DNA of 53,220 nt from a virus. Of this stretch, positions 33,478-43,450 are shown piece by piece. The stretch lies in the IMG/VR virus record IMGVR_UViG_3300045988_099701, positions 1-53,220 of that record; one strand, 5' to 3'. The position numbers and the translations under genes are program-made. The notes beneath the pieces were generated by a model. That model searched no databases. It was not told the origin of the DNA and saw nothing but the letters and a program-made list of their open reading frames with translations. Numbering within the stretch: the stretch's first letter is position 1; each line of letters begins with the position of its first letter.

Positions 33478-33885
33478 ATGAAGAAAATTTTACTTTTATT
33501 ATCTGCATGTGTAGTATTGAGCAGTTGCGCCATCCAAAAGTATTCGCAAAAAACCTATTTGGCTGATTATAGAGAGTATACTGCTGATGGATTTACTATC
33601 ACCCCAAGTTCTTCTGGGTTTACTTATGAATCCGTTGGTGATCTTAGTATTAAATTTACAATAGGCGTAAAAGATGGATATATTAATAAGGAGGCTAAAT
33701 GGAAAGAAGAAAATGTATTTAAACCGAGCTATGATTATATGGTGGCTGAAATAGTTAAAGAGGCAAAATCTCTTGGTGCAAATGCTCTTCTAAATTTCAA
33801 TATAACGCCTATTATTAGAGGAACCAAATATGGTGAAGTAGTAGATGGGTATATTGCTTCTGGATTTGCAGTAAAACTGAAATAA
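33478..33885 (+). CDS. lipoprotein with YbjQ/DUF74-like C-terminal half (moron)
   Basis: MKKILLLLSACVVLSSC lipobox; ...AEIVKEAKSLGANALLNFNI...ASGFAVKLK resembles the YbjQ family. Confidence 0.65.
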   Translation: MKKILLLLSACVVLSSCAIQKYSQKTYLADYREYTADGFTITPSSSGFTYESVGDLSIKFTIGVKDGYINKEAKWKEENVFKPSYDYMVAEIVKEAKSLGANALLNFNITPIIRGTKYGEVVDGYIASGFAVKLK

Positions 33886-33888
33886 GCT

Positions 33889-34377
33889 ATGAGAAAATTT
33901 TTAATTTCAATTATTTTAATAATTCCATTTGTCTTTACCAGTTGTTCTGACGATAAAGAAAATGGTGATTCACCATCACCAGCAGAAAAAGAAATATTAC
34001 AGGTTCTCAATGGTAAATTTATTGGGTCTCTGTATAGTTTTACGACTAATACTACCGAAACGGAGGAAATAACATTTACCCCCTACTCATCAGCCCAAGA
34101 AAAAGTTTCTGTAATTGACGGTCGAGTTGTTGTTTATGGGACGGCTTATCTTGTTACATATTTCAATGACCACTTATTAGAAATAGCAGAAAATTGCTAT
34201 TATTCTGTTAATGTGGATTATGATGGCGCTATTATTTCGTTTTACTCCTATTCAGAAAGTGGTGAGATTAATGGGAGAGAAGATAAACGTATAATATCCA
34301 TAGAATCAGATAATTCATTTAAAATGAGAAAATATGGGCTGGCTGAAAATAACGATAAGACTTTTTATAAGAAATGA
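33889..34377 (+). CDS. lipoprotein (moron)
   Basis: MRKFLISIILIIPFVFTSC lipobox; starts 3 nt after the previous stop. Confidence 0.65.
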   Translation: MRKFLISIILIIPFVFTSCSDDKENGDSPSPAEKEILQVLNGKFIGSLYSFTTNTTETEEITFTPYSSAQEKVSVIDGRVVVYGTAYLVTYFNDHLLEIAENCYYSVNVDYDGAIISFYSYSESGEINGREDKRIISIESDNSFKMRKYGLAENNDKTFYKK

Positions 34378-34405
34378 ATACATCTGAATTCGCTCTAATT
34401 AGAAT

Positions 34406-34427
34406 AAGCCGGGATTATTCCCGGCTT
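34406..34427. terminator. bidirectional terminator between convergent genes
   Basis: aagccggg-attatt-cccggctt followed by tgtttta; lies between stops 34377 (+) and 34432 (-). Confidence 0.6.
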
Positions 34428-34431
34428 TGTT

Positions 34432-34866
34432 TTACAGTACAATCACAGTTCCGTCTTTCTTTATTGAATACTCGCCGCCGATTCTTACGATATTGAGCAC
34501 GGCGTAGTCTTTGGCGGTGATCTTGGCCCGTGCGCCGTGCATCAGGATTATCGTATGGATGAATTTAGTCCCTGCCGCTTCTATAGTAGCATCTGTATCT
34601 CCGACGATACATACGTACTCTTTACCTTTGAGCGCGATATTTCCCGCATCTACATATACTCCCAGCCTTTCTAAACTGTCTCGGTTCTTTCTGAACACTT
34701 CGACCGAGGGGAAGTTGTGGTCTTGGCAGAACTCGATCCCTTGTGGGGTAAACATCAGTTTGATTAGCTCGGGGAAGTCTTGGACGCGGTTTATCTTTTT
34801 ACAAGCGCCCGTTTGTAGTGCCATCGCCCGTATGGCATCTACACTCTTATTGTGTTGGGTTGTCAT
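34432..34866 (-). CDS. hypothetical tail-module protein (144 aa)
   Basis: Track ORF; start overlaps the upstream gene. Confidence 0.55.
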   Translation of the reverse strand: MTTQHNKSVDAIRAMALQTGACKKINRVQDFPELIKLMFTPQGIEFCQDHNFPSVEVFRKNRDSLERLGVYVDAGNIALKGKEYVCIVGDTDATIEAAGTKFIHTIILMHGARAKITAKDYAVLNIVRIGGEYSIKKDGTVIVL

Positions 34867-35300
34867 ATATTTTCTGTTTCTGCGACCCTGTTTGCTGGGT
34901 TGGGTTCATTGAATTTTACTGTCAGTTGTGAGGTGGTAAGGTCTGCGGACATCATGTAGCTGCCTGAATTGCCCATGTAGGTCAAATGGTAAATATCCGC
35001 AGATATTAAAGGTACGCTAATGTCTATTTTGCCTCTTTTTAGTAGTTCTATAAAACTGTTGTAATTCGCCGTATGCTCTGCAAGCGTGTCGCCGAAGATC
35101 ACGAATGTAAGCGTCAGATCGCGGGCGGCAACTTTCGGTTTTTCGGGGTAAATTACCTGCTTGCCGTCCTTTTTGGGGTCGTCATTCTCTACAAAATCTT
35201 TGAGGCTTGCCGGTGCTCTCAGACTTGCAATGAAACCCGATCCCATTGTGATACCCATTGCATAGGCATCGTAGCCGTTTATGAGTAAATCCCTTTTCAT
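34863..35300 (-). CDS. putative distal tail protein (Dit-like)
   Basis: 145 aa, second gene downstream of the tape measure gene; call made from position only. Confidence 0.45.
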   Translation of the reverse strand: MKRDLLINGYDAYAMGITMGSGFIASLRAPASLKDFVENDDPKKDGKQVIYPEKPKVAARDLTLTFVIFGDTLAEHTANYNSFIELLKRGKIDISVPLISADIYHLTYMGNSGSYMMSADLTTSQLTVKFNEPNPANRVAETENI

Positions 35301-35710
35301 TTTCTTCCGTTTAATGCTTTATCTAAAAATAATTCGGCTGTATCTATCACATCATAACCTTTAGAGCTGACAAAGCCGGCGTAGTACATGCCATCTGCGA
35401 AAATAATGCTTGTTCCGGCTTTATTTTCTTCGTTGAGTACTTTATTGGTTTCAATGGCCGCCGTCGGATCTGGATGATTTTGGTCGCCAATAAATCGCCG
35501 TTTTTCTTTGCCTTCATAAGTAACTACGTAACCAAGGGCGCTGCGTAAGTTCCATGTGTGGTTTAGGTAGTCGCGTTTGCCAGATAGTAGCCGAGCTTCT
35601 TTCTGTCTTATTAATGCCTCCCGAGCTTTCTCATCCATGAAATCCACGACCTCACCTTGAATGCCGTCGATGAACTTGCTTAGGTCTGATATGTCTTTTT
35701 CAATCTTCAT
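35297..35710 (-). CDS. hypothetical tail protein (137 aa)
   Basis: Track ORF directly after the tape measure gene. Confidence 0.5.
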   Translation of the reverse strand: MKIEKDISDLSKFIDGIQGEVVDFMDEKAREALIRQKEARLLSGKRDYLNHTWNLRSALGYVVTYEGKEKRRFIGDQNHPDPTAAIETNKVLNEENKAGTSIIFADGMYYAGFVSSKGYDVIDTAELFLDKALNGRK

Positions 35711-35712
35711 GG

Positions 35713-38700
35713 TTACAATTCACTCGTGTTACGTTTAATCGCCGCAATATCTTCTTGGATGCCTTGTAATGCAACTCTCATGGCTGCTGTATTGCCGTTT
35801 ATTTCCACAATTTCCATGTAGGTCATCACAGCATATCGGAGCAGCTCATTATTTACCTGTACGCTTGCGTACATGGCTGTTTCAATATTGGCCATAGACG
35901 TTAAAAGACCGATTATTGATTGCGTCTGCGCCATTACATAGCCGCGGATGTCGGTTACTTTGCCTTGAATGTCGGTGAAACGACCGTTTAATTCATCACC
36001 CGTATCTTGCGACATTGTTTGAAAGCCTCTTTCCGTGGCTTCCTGACGAGCTGCGCCAGCATTCCCAAGTAATTCTTTTGTTTCAGCGGGAAGGCTGTCC
36101 CAAATAGCTTGAAATTCATCACCAACTTTGTTGAGATCGTCAGCAAAGTTTCCCATGGAATCAATCACACCGTCAATCCCGACAAAAACTCCATCCTTGA
36201 ACCATTTGGATTTATACTGGTCAAAAATATCTCCGATACGTTCTTCAACAAATTTGCTGACTAACATTTGTTTCATGATGTCAGCAACAATTTCATCTAC
36301 CTTTTCACCCCAGGCCTTAGCGGCGTCCTCACCTTCTAAAAACGCTTCTATGAAGGCATCGCCAAGCTCTTTTGCAATATCTTCTGCCGTGCCGCCGATA
36401 ATAGTTTCTACAACCTCATTTATTACTTCAGCAGCTTCTTCTCCAAGTTCTTGAATTTGACGTTCCCATTCTTTTATCTTTGATTTGTCCGTTTTTTTCT
36501 TGTCGTTCTCTGCATTAATCTGCTTTTGAAGCAACAACTGCTGTTCTGCAAGATTGTTAAGTTTATCTCGGGTATCACTAAACTTATTTCCCCCCAGAAG
36601 ATTGCTGTCTGTATATTTAAGGTTTGAATAGGCATCTGCTATACTTTTGATTGCCTTTTCTTCTATTTTAGCCGCATTGATTCGCTTAACGATGGCTTCC
36701 CCGAAGGGGCTTAGTTTTCCGTATGCGCTCAATATCGCTTTCGTCGCATCATTATAAGCGTCTTTTACCTTCTGAATAGCATTAAAAGAATTTTCTTGGA
36801 GCCGAATTGCATTGGCATTATCCAATTCCCATTGCAGTTGCTCAATTCTACCTTGCAGTCGGTCTATTTCCGCTTGTTTTTCATCATCATTATTAAATAG
36901 GCTGGCTATTTTAGTTGCTATTGTCAATACCGCTTGAATAATAGCAAGAATAACGGATGCTCGCTCAACAGCTTTGATCGCACTGGCGGCGGTTGTTGAT
37001 GTCGTTGTAATAGCTGCCGCCGACGATTCAGTAAGAGTGACAATGCTGCTAATCATACTGGCTGCATTAGTTGCAATTTCGCCCGCCGCACTAATGACTT
37101 CGCCAGTAGTGCCCCCAACGGCATCACCAATACCCTCGAATCCATCTGCAATATCACCGAGTGTCCTCTCTAATCGCTGCCATTTCTCGATCGCATTATC
37201 TTTGGGGGCTAATTTTGTACTCGAAGCAGCTTTATCTACTGCATTAATTTTTGCTTGCGTCTGATTGATCTCACCGCGCAATTTCTGTCCTTGGGCACTA
37301 TCTGATGAATCGAGGGCATTATATTCGGATTCCAGTGCTTGTAGCGATGCCTCCAGCTCTGCTTTCAGGGCGGATAATTCATCCATGGTCTTGCCTGTCA
37401 ATTCTCGCACCCATTGCCCGGCTTGTACTTCAATTTCTGCTACTGCTGCATCTCGCTCGGCTTCAAGTGCCTTCCGCTCTCCAATGCTGCCAGCATTTTC
37501 GATCTTACGGTCGTAAATGTCTTTTGTAGCTTGTAGTTTTTCCCGGAAGGTTCCATACGCTTTCAAATACTCGTCCCAAGATTGTATATTCTTATTGATT
37601 GTAGATGCCAACCCTTCGGGGCTTATCGAAATAGAAGAAACGCTTGCCCGTTCTTCAGTACGCTGGGCATTATTGGCATCGTTCAAGGCTTTTATTTGGG
37701 CTTGCTGCCCCTTGGTCAATCCCCCACCTTGCAACTCCCTGATGCGCTCCTCTGCCTCCTGTATGGCACGGGCGCGTTTCTGGTAGTCAAGGTCTATTTG
37801 CGCGAGTTTCTTGGCCGTGCCCTCCTTCATAGAATCTACTTCGGCCTGCAATGCATCATCCCGGAGCTTTTGCAATTGCTTGGTGAGCTCCTTTAGATTG
37901 CGCTCTTGATCGGATGCGGCTTTTTTTGCTGCGTTTTCGGCCTCTTGGCGGGCTTTTTCCGCCTTTGCATTAAGTTCATCCGGCGTTAAGGCGGTGTACA
38001 GCTTTTCTGCTGCGGGGGTCAATTTTTCGATGCCGGCATTTATCGCTGCAATAAATGCATCGACATCACCTTCATAGCCTTCGTTTATACGCTTCCAAAG
38101 GTCATCACCATCTTTACTGAGATTTGATAATTCGTTAATAAAATCATCCCTAAACCTCCTTAAATTTGCTTTCGCCCTTTCAAAACTTGCAGATTCAGAG
38201 GTGAGAGAAAATGTTATTGGGCCCTTCCCTTTGCTGGCTTCTTGTGCTGCAGCATATGCTACTCTGTATTCTTTTAAAGCAAGAGAATAGTTGGTATAGG
38301 CATCCCCTGTTTTTTCAATAAGTTTTAAACTCTTTGCGTCCTCTGTAATAAGTTCTTGGGCGGCTTTCGCCTCTGCGACCTCGATAATTGCGTCGCGCAG
38401 GTTTTCATAAGCACCGACAGCATTCCCGACCATAACCTGTTCCGCAGCCATATTGCCGAAGTAAGCGGGGTATATGTCTTGCAGTTTTTTGACCGCTTCG
38501 GCTCTTTCTTCATAGGGCTTGGAAAGGTCTGTCGCAGCCCTATACAGCAGGTTCAATTTGGTTAATTCGGATTGAGCCGACACCGAACCTTGAGCCATAG
38601 CGGAATTAAAGCGTTCGAGTGCAGCGGCAGAGGCGTCTATCGTCGTTTTACCTTTGAACAGCGACGCTACCCAGTTGGTTATCTCCTTGCCGTAAAGGGT

Positions 38701-39705
38701 AAGCACGGTTACGCCGGCCACAAGCAGGGTTTGCCAGGAGAAGATCGACGATGCAATCTGTTTCCATACGGGCGTGAAGGTTTGCCCGGCTTTCTTCAAT
38801 TCATCAACCGATTTCTTCGCCCGTGCTATTTCATCGGCCAGCATCGGCAGGTTGTTGGATATGGCGGAAAAGAATATTTGCGGGCCATATGCCAGCGACG
38901 GCAACTCGCGGGCAACTTGCTGAATTTGGAATCCCAGCATATTGAATCCCGAGGCATAATTGCCGACATTGCGAGTATGGACGCCCATCGACGCATCCAG
39001 TTCTTTGATCTTCGTGTCGAGCGATTCGATGTTTTTAAGCATCGTTTGCCCTTGCGCCCCCTCACGTTCCGCGTCGCTCATATTTTTATACACCGCACGC
39101 ATACGGGTAAGCGCCTGGGACATTTCGTTGATCGAGCCGACGGCGGCCTTCTCCAATTTGATTTGGTTGGCGAGCTCCCGCTTCAATTGGGATATTTCCT
39201 GCTTGTATTCCTCGATAGATACGGCAGCGTCCAATACTTGCGCCCTTTTCTTTGCAGACAATTGCCCGTTCTGCTGCTCTTCCTTATTGAGCGCGGCGAC
39301 ATCCGCTTTTAATCGTGCGATCTCATTCGAATATAGCCTAATTTGGGCCATTGCTTTTGTTTTTTCGTCGTTAGCGGCTTTTAGCTCACTAAGCAGGTCA
39401 TGATGTGCCGCAGTTTCGGCCCGGGTAGCCGCTGTTCCTGCCGTAGAGTTGCCGCCAGCAGTTCCGGTCGTGGCCGATGCGGCAGCCTTGGACGCCGCAT
39501 CCATTGCCTGCTGCTCCATCTGGGCGATTTTGCGCATTGTCTGCTCGACACGCGCCTCCATCTCGCCAATTTTGCGGTTTATGACGTCGAATTCCTTTGT
39601 GCTGTCCGGGATTTCGGCCAGAACATGCCGCAACCGCTCAAGCATGGTAATAAAACTCTTGAGTTTATCGGTTTCCGCGTTTATTTTGAATGATAATGCG
39701 CTCAT
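35713..39705 (-). CDS. tail tape measure protein
   Basis: 1330 aa, long coiled-coil/Ala-Glu-Lys-rich sequence with central hydrophobic helices (FSWQTLLVAGVTVLTLYG); canonical position after the chaperone genes. Confidence 0.9.
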   Translation of the reverse strand: MSALSFKINAETDKLKSFITMLERLRHVLAEIPDSTKEFDVINRKIGEMEARVEQTMRKIAQMEQQAMDAASKAAASATTGTAGGNSTAGTAATRAETAAHHDLLSELKAANDEKTKAMAQIRLYSNEIARLKADVAALNKEEQQNGQLSAKKRAQVLDAAVSIEEYKQEISQLKRELANQIKLEKAAVGSINEMSQALTRMRAVYKNMSDAEREGAQGQTMLKNIESLDTKIKELDASMGVHTRNVGNYASGFNMLGFQIQQVARELPSLAYGPQIFFSAISNNLPMLADEIARAKKSVDELKKAGQTFTPVWKQIASSIFSWQTLLVAGVTVLTLYGKEITNWVASLFKGKTTIDASAAALERFNSAMAQGSVSAQSELTKLNLLYRAATDLSKPYEERAEAVKKLQDIYPAYFGNMAAEQVMVGNAVGAYENLRDAIIEVAEAKAAQELITEDAKSLKLIEKTGDAYTNYSLALKEYRVAYAAAQEASKGKGPITFSLTSESASFERAKANLRRFRDDFINELSNLSKDGDDLWKRINEGYEGDVDAFIAAINAGIEKLTPAAEKLYTALTPDELNAKAEKARQEAENAAKKAASDQERNLKELTKQLQKLRDDALQAEVDSMKEGTAKKLAQIDLDYQKRARAIQEAEERIRELQGGGLTKGQQAQIKALNDANNAQRTEERASVSSISISPEGLASTINKNIQSWDEYLKAYGTFREKLQATKDIYDRKIENAGSIGERKALEAERDAAVAEIEVQAGQWVRELTGKTMDELSALKAELEASLQALESEYNALDSSDSAQGQKLRGEINQTQAKINAVDKAASSTKLAPKDNAIEKWQRLERTLGDIADGFEGIGDAVGGTTGEVISAAGEIATNAASMISSIVTLTESSAAAITTTSTTAASAIKAVERASVILAIIQAVLTIATKIASLFNNDDEKQAEIDRLQGRIEQLQWELDNANAIRLQENSFNAIQKVKDAYNDATKAILSAYGKLSPFGEAIVKRINAAKIEEKAIKSIADAYSNLKYTDSNLLGGNKFSDTRDKLNNLAEQQLLLQKQINAENDKKKTDKSKIKEWERQIQELGEEAAEVINEVVETIIGGTAEDIAKELGDAFIEAFLEGEDAAKAWGEKVDEIVADIMKQMLVSKFVEERIGDIFDQYKSKWFKDGVFVGIDGVIDSMGNFADDLNKVGDEFQAIWDSLPAETKELLGNAGAARQEATERGFQTMSQDTGDELNGRFTDIQGKVTDIRGYVMAQTQSIIGLLTSMANIETAMYASVQVNNELLRYAVMTYMEIVEINGNTAAMRVALQGIQEDIAAIKRNTSEL

Positions 39706-40289
39706 TGCTGCTCTTTATTGCCTCTTTTCTTATTGCTTCTTCTTCGGGCCATATCGGCGCCCGATCCCTGCACTATTTTTTCCTCGTCCCCTACGAGTGT
39801 GCGCACCTTGTCGGTCATCATGAGGAGCATGGTAGGGTAGTTTATGCCCTGGAAGGCTTCGTTGTAGGAGATGTTCAATTGATCCATCATCGTTGCGATA
39901 ATGCCCGTTATCGTATTATTCCCGACGGTTTCAGATACTGTTTTCCGGCGTGTTTTGTCGATCTTCACCGAATCGAACAAGTCTTTGCCCGATACGATGT
40001 CGGCTATTTTCATGGTCGCGGCGGAAATCTCTTCACAGGTGGCATACCGCTTGGCGTACCACAGGAATAGTTTCTGGCACCATGAGTGCCGGAAAAGCAG
40101 CCTGGATATTGTTTCCATGGAATATTTTTGCCTTCCGGAGATCGAAACGTCTATTTTCCCTCCGGCGAATGCCCTTGCCAAATCTTTCACGAACGGCTGG
40201 TATACCCGGAATGTCAGCACCCCGAGCTTTACCGACGCATGATGCGTATTCAACAATGACCTGGCGACAATATCCGCCGATTTACTCAT
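39702..40289 (-). CDS. putative tail assembly chaperone (second of pair)
   Basis: Position immediately upstream of the tape measure gene; ATGA overlap with it. Confidence 0.45.
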   Translation of the reverse strand: MSKSADIVARSLLNTHHASVKLGVLTFRVYQPFVKDLARAFAGGKIDVSISGRQKYSMETISRLLFRHSWCQKLFLWYAKRYATCEEISAATMKIADIVSGKDLFDSVKIDKTRRKTVSETVGNNTITGIIATMMDQLNISYNEAFQGINYPTMLLMMTDKVRTLVGDEEKIVQGSGADMARRRSNKKRGNKEQQ

Positions 40290-40641
40290 GGTCTTTGGAT
40301 ATTGTTGTGGACAATCCCTCCATTACGGCTGCAACCGAGGCAATATCCTCAAGGGGTATCATCAGCAGTATTTTCTGGTAACAGTCGAACAACTCGTTGA
40401 ATGTGCTCCGCCTCATGAATCTTCGGCGTAAAAACCACACCCTGACACCCGCGAATATGTTGCGGCTGCCGACAACCGCCAAGGCTATACTATGCGCCAT
40501 CGCCGATATACATGCCTTACTCTCGTCCGGATCTTTGTTGACATCCCGCGCCGTCATGATGCGCGTTGCCGTCATGGGGGACATCTTGTATACAGTGTAT
40601 CCCTTCGATGCGATACGGATACTGATAAACTCCAATTTCAT
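40282..40641 (-). CDS. putative tail assembly chaperone (first of pair)
   Basis: ATG 40641 within track ORF 40282..40686; lies between the major tail and tape measure genes. Confidence 0.45.
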   Translation of the reverse strand: MKLEFISIRIASKGYTVYKMSPMTATRIMTARDVNKDPDESKACISAMAHSIALAVVGSRNIFAGVRVWFLRRRFMRRSTFNELFDCYQKILLMIPLEDIASVAAVMEGLSTTISKDHE

Positions 40642-40714
40642 AAGATTGATTTTAAGAAATAGGGGTGAGGGGCACACGCCTCCCACCCCTGGACTGCTGA
40701 TTGCTTGGAGGTTT

Positions 40715-41248
40715 TTATTCGACGTCCACCTCCGAAGAATCGAACCAATATTCCGACGAGACCGCCGTGTTGTCGGGTTCCAGGGCAGCAGCTGCTACAC
40801 CGATACCTACGGCGCCCTCATTGTTGGTGTTGCGGGCGACAACCGAGGCCTTCGGAAAGACGCAATACTGGTTGTCCTCCGTTAGGGCGATCATGCATTT
40901 TTCAATGCGCGCGACACCTCGCGCACGCTTCCATGACGTCTCCGACCCCGTGCCGCCCATGAAAGCCGCCTTGGTTTCATAGTCGTATTGCCCGATGGTA
41001 AACGACATCTGGATGTTACCCATTTCGGTGTCTTGGCGATATACGCCATTGGTGAGTTGGTTCCTGTACTCCGTGGTAGACGGCTCCTCCTCTTCGATGC
41101 TCCATGTGTCTTGATGGATGTTCTCCACCTGTTTCGTGCTGACATCTTTAATGATGGTTGCCAGAAGAGTACCCGTAAGATCTCCTGTGACCTTCGCAGG
41201 GTCTGCATAATACAGCTTCTTGATTCCTACTGCTATTACTTTTGCCAT
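40715..41248 (-). CDS. putative major tail protein
   Basis: 177 aa, position upstream of chaperones and tape measure gene; beta-rich sequence. Confidence 0.6.
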   Translation of the reverse strand: MAKVIAVGIKKLYYADPAKVTGDLTGTLLATIIKDVSTKQVENIHQDTWSIEEEEPSTTEYRNQLTNGVYRQDTEMGNIQMSFTIGQYDYETKAAFMGGTGSETSWKRARGVARIEKCMIALTEDNQYCVFPKASVVARNTNNEGAVGIGVAAAALEPDNTAVSSEYWFDSSEVDVE

Positions 41249-41252
41249 TGTT

Positions 41253-41663
41253 TTAGTTGTTTTTAATGTTTAATACTCTGAATAGTACTCTGATGTAGAT
41301 ATAGTGGCATCCGAGGTTCACATCTTCTTCGCGGCCGATATTCTCATACCTGTACCTGTATGCGGATCCGTCGTAAGTGCCGTACGTCCATTCCTTGAAC
41401 CTCGCCTTGGCTGCCCGTTCGAGTTCGTCCAGCCGTTTTAGGTTCGCTTCCCCTTTGATGTCGGGGACACACAGGTTTACAGCAACAAAGCAATTTTCCC
41501 AATACGTGTCCGGCGTCTGCTCGGGTGGTGTGATGACGACGATACGCTCTCTATCGACTTTCCCCTCGGGGATCGCCCATGAAGTGTGCATGTCTTTTAT
41601 CCCAACCCCCTTACACGCCGAGAACAGTATGTTACGCGCGTCTCCCGTTGTAATCATATCCAA
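41253..41663 (-). CDS. putative tail terminator / neck protein
   Basis: Position between the connector genes and the major tail gene. Confidence 0.45.
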   Translation of the reverse strand: MDMITTGDARNILFSACKGVGIKDMHTSWAIPEGKVDRERIVVITPPEQTPDTYWENCFVAVNLCVPDIKGEANLKRLDELERAAKARFKEWTYGTYDGSAYRYRYENIGREEDVNLGCHYIYIRVLFRVLNIKNN

Positions 41664-42001
41664 AGGTCTGAAGCGTTGAAATAGTTGTTTACCTTGGCTA
41701 TTGCCACTGTACCTTCGCCCCGTACTGTGCCGGTTGCCTTGTCAATGCATTTCACGTAACCTCCTTTGGGTACTCCTCTCCCTTCGTAGACGATGTGGTA
41801 TTTCGATTGGCGTACCTCTCCGTTCTCTGATACAAGGCGGATGGTTGTGTCGTCGTCGCAACGACAATCACCTATTTCCTGCCACGCATCACTTTCGGAC
41901 ATAGCTATCGGACGTCCCAGTTCGTCGTATTGTTTGGGAGGATCGATCCTCAAATAGAGTATGTGGGGCGCGAAATACATATTACCACAAGTTCGAAGCA
42001 T
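41654..42001 (-). CDS. putative head-tail joining protein
   Basis: Position only; overlaps its neighbours. Confidence 0.4.
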   Translation of the reverse strand: MLRTCGNMYFAPHILYLRIDPPKQYDELGRPIAMSESDAWQEIGDCRCDDDTTIRLVSENGEVRQSKYHIVYEGRGVPKGGYVKCIDKATGTVRGEGTVAIAKVNNYFNASDLWI

Positions 42002-42323
42002 CCTTTATCGAGGACAGGCCAATAGAGCTGCTCAATTCTTCGCCGGGCGTGATGCCATATTGCCGAAGCATCAGTTGTGCCCGTTGCTTCATGGCGCTTT
42101 CAGACCAGGACACCGAATGCCCGTTTTCGCTTACCGACAGAGGGTGCATTATCAGGCTGTCGATGAATTCGGATACGCGCTTGGCGATTAGTTGTTGCTG
42201 ATGGTCGCTACCCGCCAGGGAGTTGGGATCGTAACCCCATTCCCTGGCGAAGCGGCGAACGCCATAGTCGGAGATGGTTCCGACCATGCTGAACTCCTGA
42301 TGTATGCATTCTGCGACCGTCAT
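41982..42323 (-). CDS. putative head-tail connector protein
   Basis: Position directly after the capsid gene. Confidence 0.4.
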   Translation of the reverse strand: MTVAECIHQEFSMVGTISDYGVRRFAREWGYDPNSLAGSDHQQQLIAKRVSEFIDSLIMHPLSVSENGHSVSWSESAMKQRAQLMLRQYGITPGEELSSSIGLSSIKDASNLW

Positions 42324-42329
42324 GCACTC

Positions 42330-43436
42330 CTACGATTCTACACTCAGCGAGTAAATACCGTTGATTTCGGTAATGACGGGCAAAGAGATGGATTGCGCCT
42401 TCGTGAACTCCACGCCGTTCGAGTTATCCGTCTCGCCTTTGCCCCACTGCGAGATGCGGATGCGTCCGTAGTTGGAGTAGGCAACTCCCGGCTCGGGGCG
42501 AAGCTCGTTGTCTGCGTAGGCGTTTTTGATAACGCCGAGACGACCCTCCGGCACGAATACGAGGCTCTTGTCATTCCACGGTTTGTATTCGCGGATCTTG
42601 CCATTGTCCTGAATGCGCGTCATCCGTCGGATCACCTCGAATACGGGCAATCCGTTCGACCGCATGAACTCGTTTAGGTTGGCCAGCAGAAGTGGTGACG
42701 ATGATTTGTCCGTGCCGAAGATGACCTGCTTCATCTTCTTGCTGCGCAGGATGTACGAAAGCCGCTTTTGATCCAGAAGGATGCGGTCGAAGGTCACCTT
42801 CTCCTGAGCCGCATCGACAATGCCTTGGATATCCTCGAATACATCGACCGTGTCGATGTTGCCCTCCGTCCACTGTGTATCTGCTGTGGCGATGTTTTCT
42901 TGCGGCATGCCATAGTCGATATTGCCTCGCACACCTCCTTCGGGGTTGTTTTCCTGAGTGAATGAAAATACCCCTTTGTTCGAGAGGGCACCTAGGAAGA
43001 TGATGTCTATTTTGGCCTGTACGGATTCCACGACCCGTTCAACGCCGCCCCACATGAGGTTTACGAGCTGCTGTTTCTTTGCCTGATCTGAGATCATGCG
43101 TGAATCCAGCAGCTGAAGTACCTTCCGATAGTCTTCAATGGGCATCGGTAGGGTCATTTGGTGAATGAGGACTTTCTTGGCTATTGTAGCCAGGCCTTCA
43201 GTTCCCATAATGGGTTCCTTGCCTTTCGAATCCAAGGTGGCAGCTGCTACGCCCAGATTATACGATCCGATGATCTCTTCGAAATTGAACCCTACCGTGG
43301 GAGTATCCCACTCCAAAAAACGCTCGTAGACATTTTGGTCGAACAAGCGCTTGCGCCGTTCAGATGCTGCGTCGATGCGAGCTTGCACCTGCTTGGTCAG
43401 CTCGCTGAAAATAGAAGAATAATATACTTCGCTCAT
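42330..43436 (-). CDS. major capsid protein (lambda gpE-like / HK97 fold)
   Basis: 368 aa, located after scaffold and decoration genes; sequence resembles the Phage_cap_E family by eye. Confidence 0.8.
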   Translation of the reverse strand: MSEVYYSSIFSELTKQVQARIDAASERRKRLFDQNVYERFLEWDTPTVGFNFEEIIGSYNLGVAAATLDSKGKEPIMGTEGLATIAKKVLIHQMTLPMPIEDYRKVLQLLDSRMISDQAKKQQLVNLMWGGVERVVESVQAKIDIIFLGALSNKGVFSFTQENNPEGGVRGNIDYGMPQENIATADTQWTEGNIDTVDVFEDIQGIVDAAQEKVTFDRILLDQKRLSYILRSKKMKQVIFGTDKSSSPLLLANLNEFMRSNGLPVFEVIRRMTRIQDNGKIREYKPWNDKSLVFVPEGRLGVIKNAYADNELRPEPGVAYSNYGRIRISQWGKGETDNSNGVEFTKAQSISLPVITEINGIYSLSVES

Positions 43437-43450
43437 TGTTTACCTGTCTT

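Noticed and set aside
38572-39312. 246-aa plus-strand ORF and several 60-150-aa ORFs within 35713..39705
   Set aside because: They are antisense or off-frame to the 1330-aa tape measure gene.
40282-40289. Canonical G/GT -1 programmed frameshift between the two tail chaperone genes
   Set aside because: The downstream ORF is in the +1 frame, not the -1 frame, relative to the upstream one. It has its own ATG, and no X_XXY_YYZ slippery heptamer is visible at the overlap.
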